DNA of 62,396 nucleotides, the filler included, from Dugesia japonica (lineage: Eukaryota), in assembly GCA_001938525.1 (NCBI GenBank). It is 6 parts of 6 records of this genome, joined end to end, with 100 filler letters (N's around TTAATTAATTAA, not from the genome) between each part and the next. Parts side by side here need not be neighbours in the genome. Positions count along the whole stretch, not along the records: positions 50,572 to 62,396 come from MQRL01645936.1; 5 more parts are not named here. The stretch is one strand, 5' to 3'. A program made the translations under genes and the position numbers. Shown here in pieces: positions 62,100 to 62,396 of the stretch. The notes under the pieces are model-generated. The model was given only the letters and a program-made list of their open reading frames with translations. It had not been told where the DNA came from and searched no databases. How positions within the stretch are numbered: position 1 is the first letter of the stretch; each line of letters starts with the position of its first letter.

Positions 62100-62298
62100 G
62101 TTGGGGTTCCACCTGAGTTAGGTGAAGAAATTGTGGCTGGGGAAAAACCTACCTCAGGGAACCCTTTCAAGAATTTAACCTAACGCCCCTAAGTTAGGTA
62201 TTCAGCGAATGGTGGTTGACCTCTCACCTAATGGGAGGTGCACGCCCATTCGCCTGTGGATTTGGGTTCACTATTTTCCCTATTATTCCGAATTTATT

Positions 62299-62396
62299 AG
62301 TAGATAGATACTGGCGCACATAGCCACTCCTCCCCCATTAAGGTCAAATTTTTTCAAGGTCAAAGTGGCTCATTATACTCGATTCTGATTGACTGA
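62299..62396 (+). mobile_element. Second AGTAGATAGATA-type terminus (runs off the window)
   Basis: 16 of 17 nt match the start at 58967, followed by a GC-richer block with a C-run and AAGGTCAAA twice. Confidence 0.5.

Overview
AT-rich animal DNA from a draft assembly, with many 40-50 nt introns and a trr-type KMT2 gene; this is compatible with a flatworm/planarian but the species cannot be fixed from the sequence. Five artificial N-TTAATTAATTAA-N spacers split the window into six blocks whose adjacency is unreliable. The window is dominated by decayed Maverick/Polinton (adintovirus-like) elements. Element 1 (1-9.5 kb, +) carries ATPase, core-like genes, integrase, penton, hexon, protease and pPolB. 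Element 2 (54.6-59 kb) is a diverged relative. Element 3 (21.7-27.1 kb, -) is a different lineage with a parvovirus-type PLA2. Remnants of mariner, hAT, pogo, Ty3/Gypsy and Penelope elements are also present. Host genes are an intact single-ORF trr/KMT2C-D methyltransferase, coding exon 1 of NOS1AP/CAPON (head-to-head with trr) and a spliced tandem ubiquitin-like gene. The most striking signal is that both related Mavericks appear to be spliced. pPolB receives a multi-microexon N-terminal leader through a phase-1 intron at the same codon in both copies, and the protease gene has a conserved intron in codon 2. All calls come from manual reading; no database searches were run.
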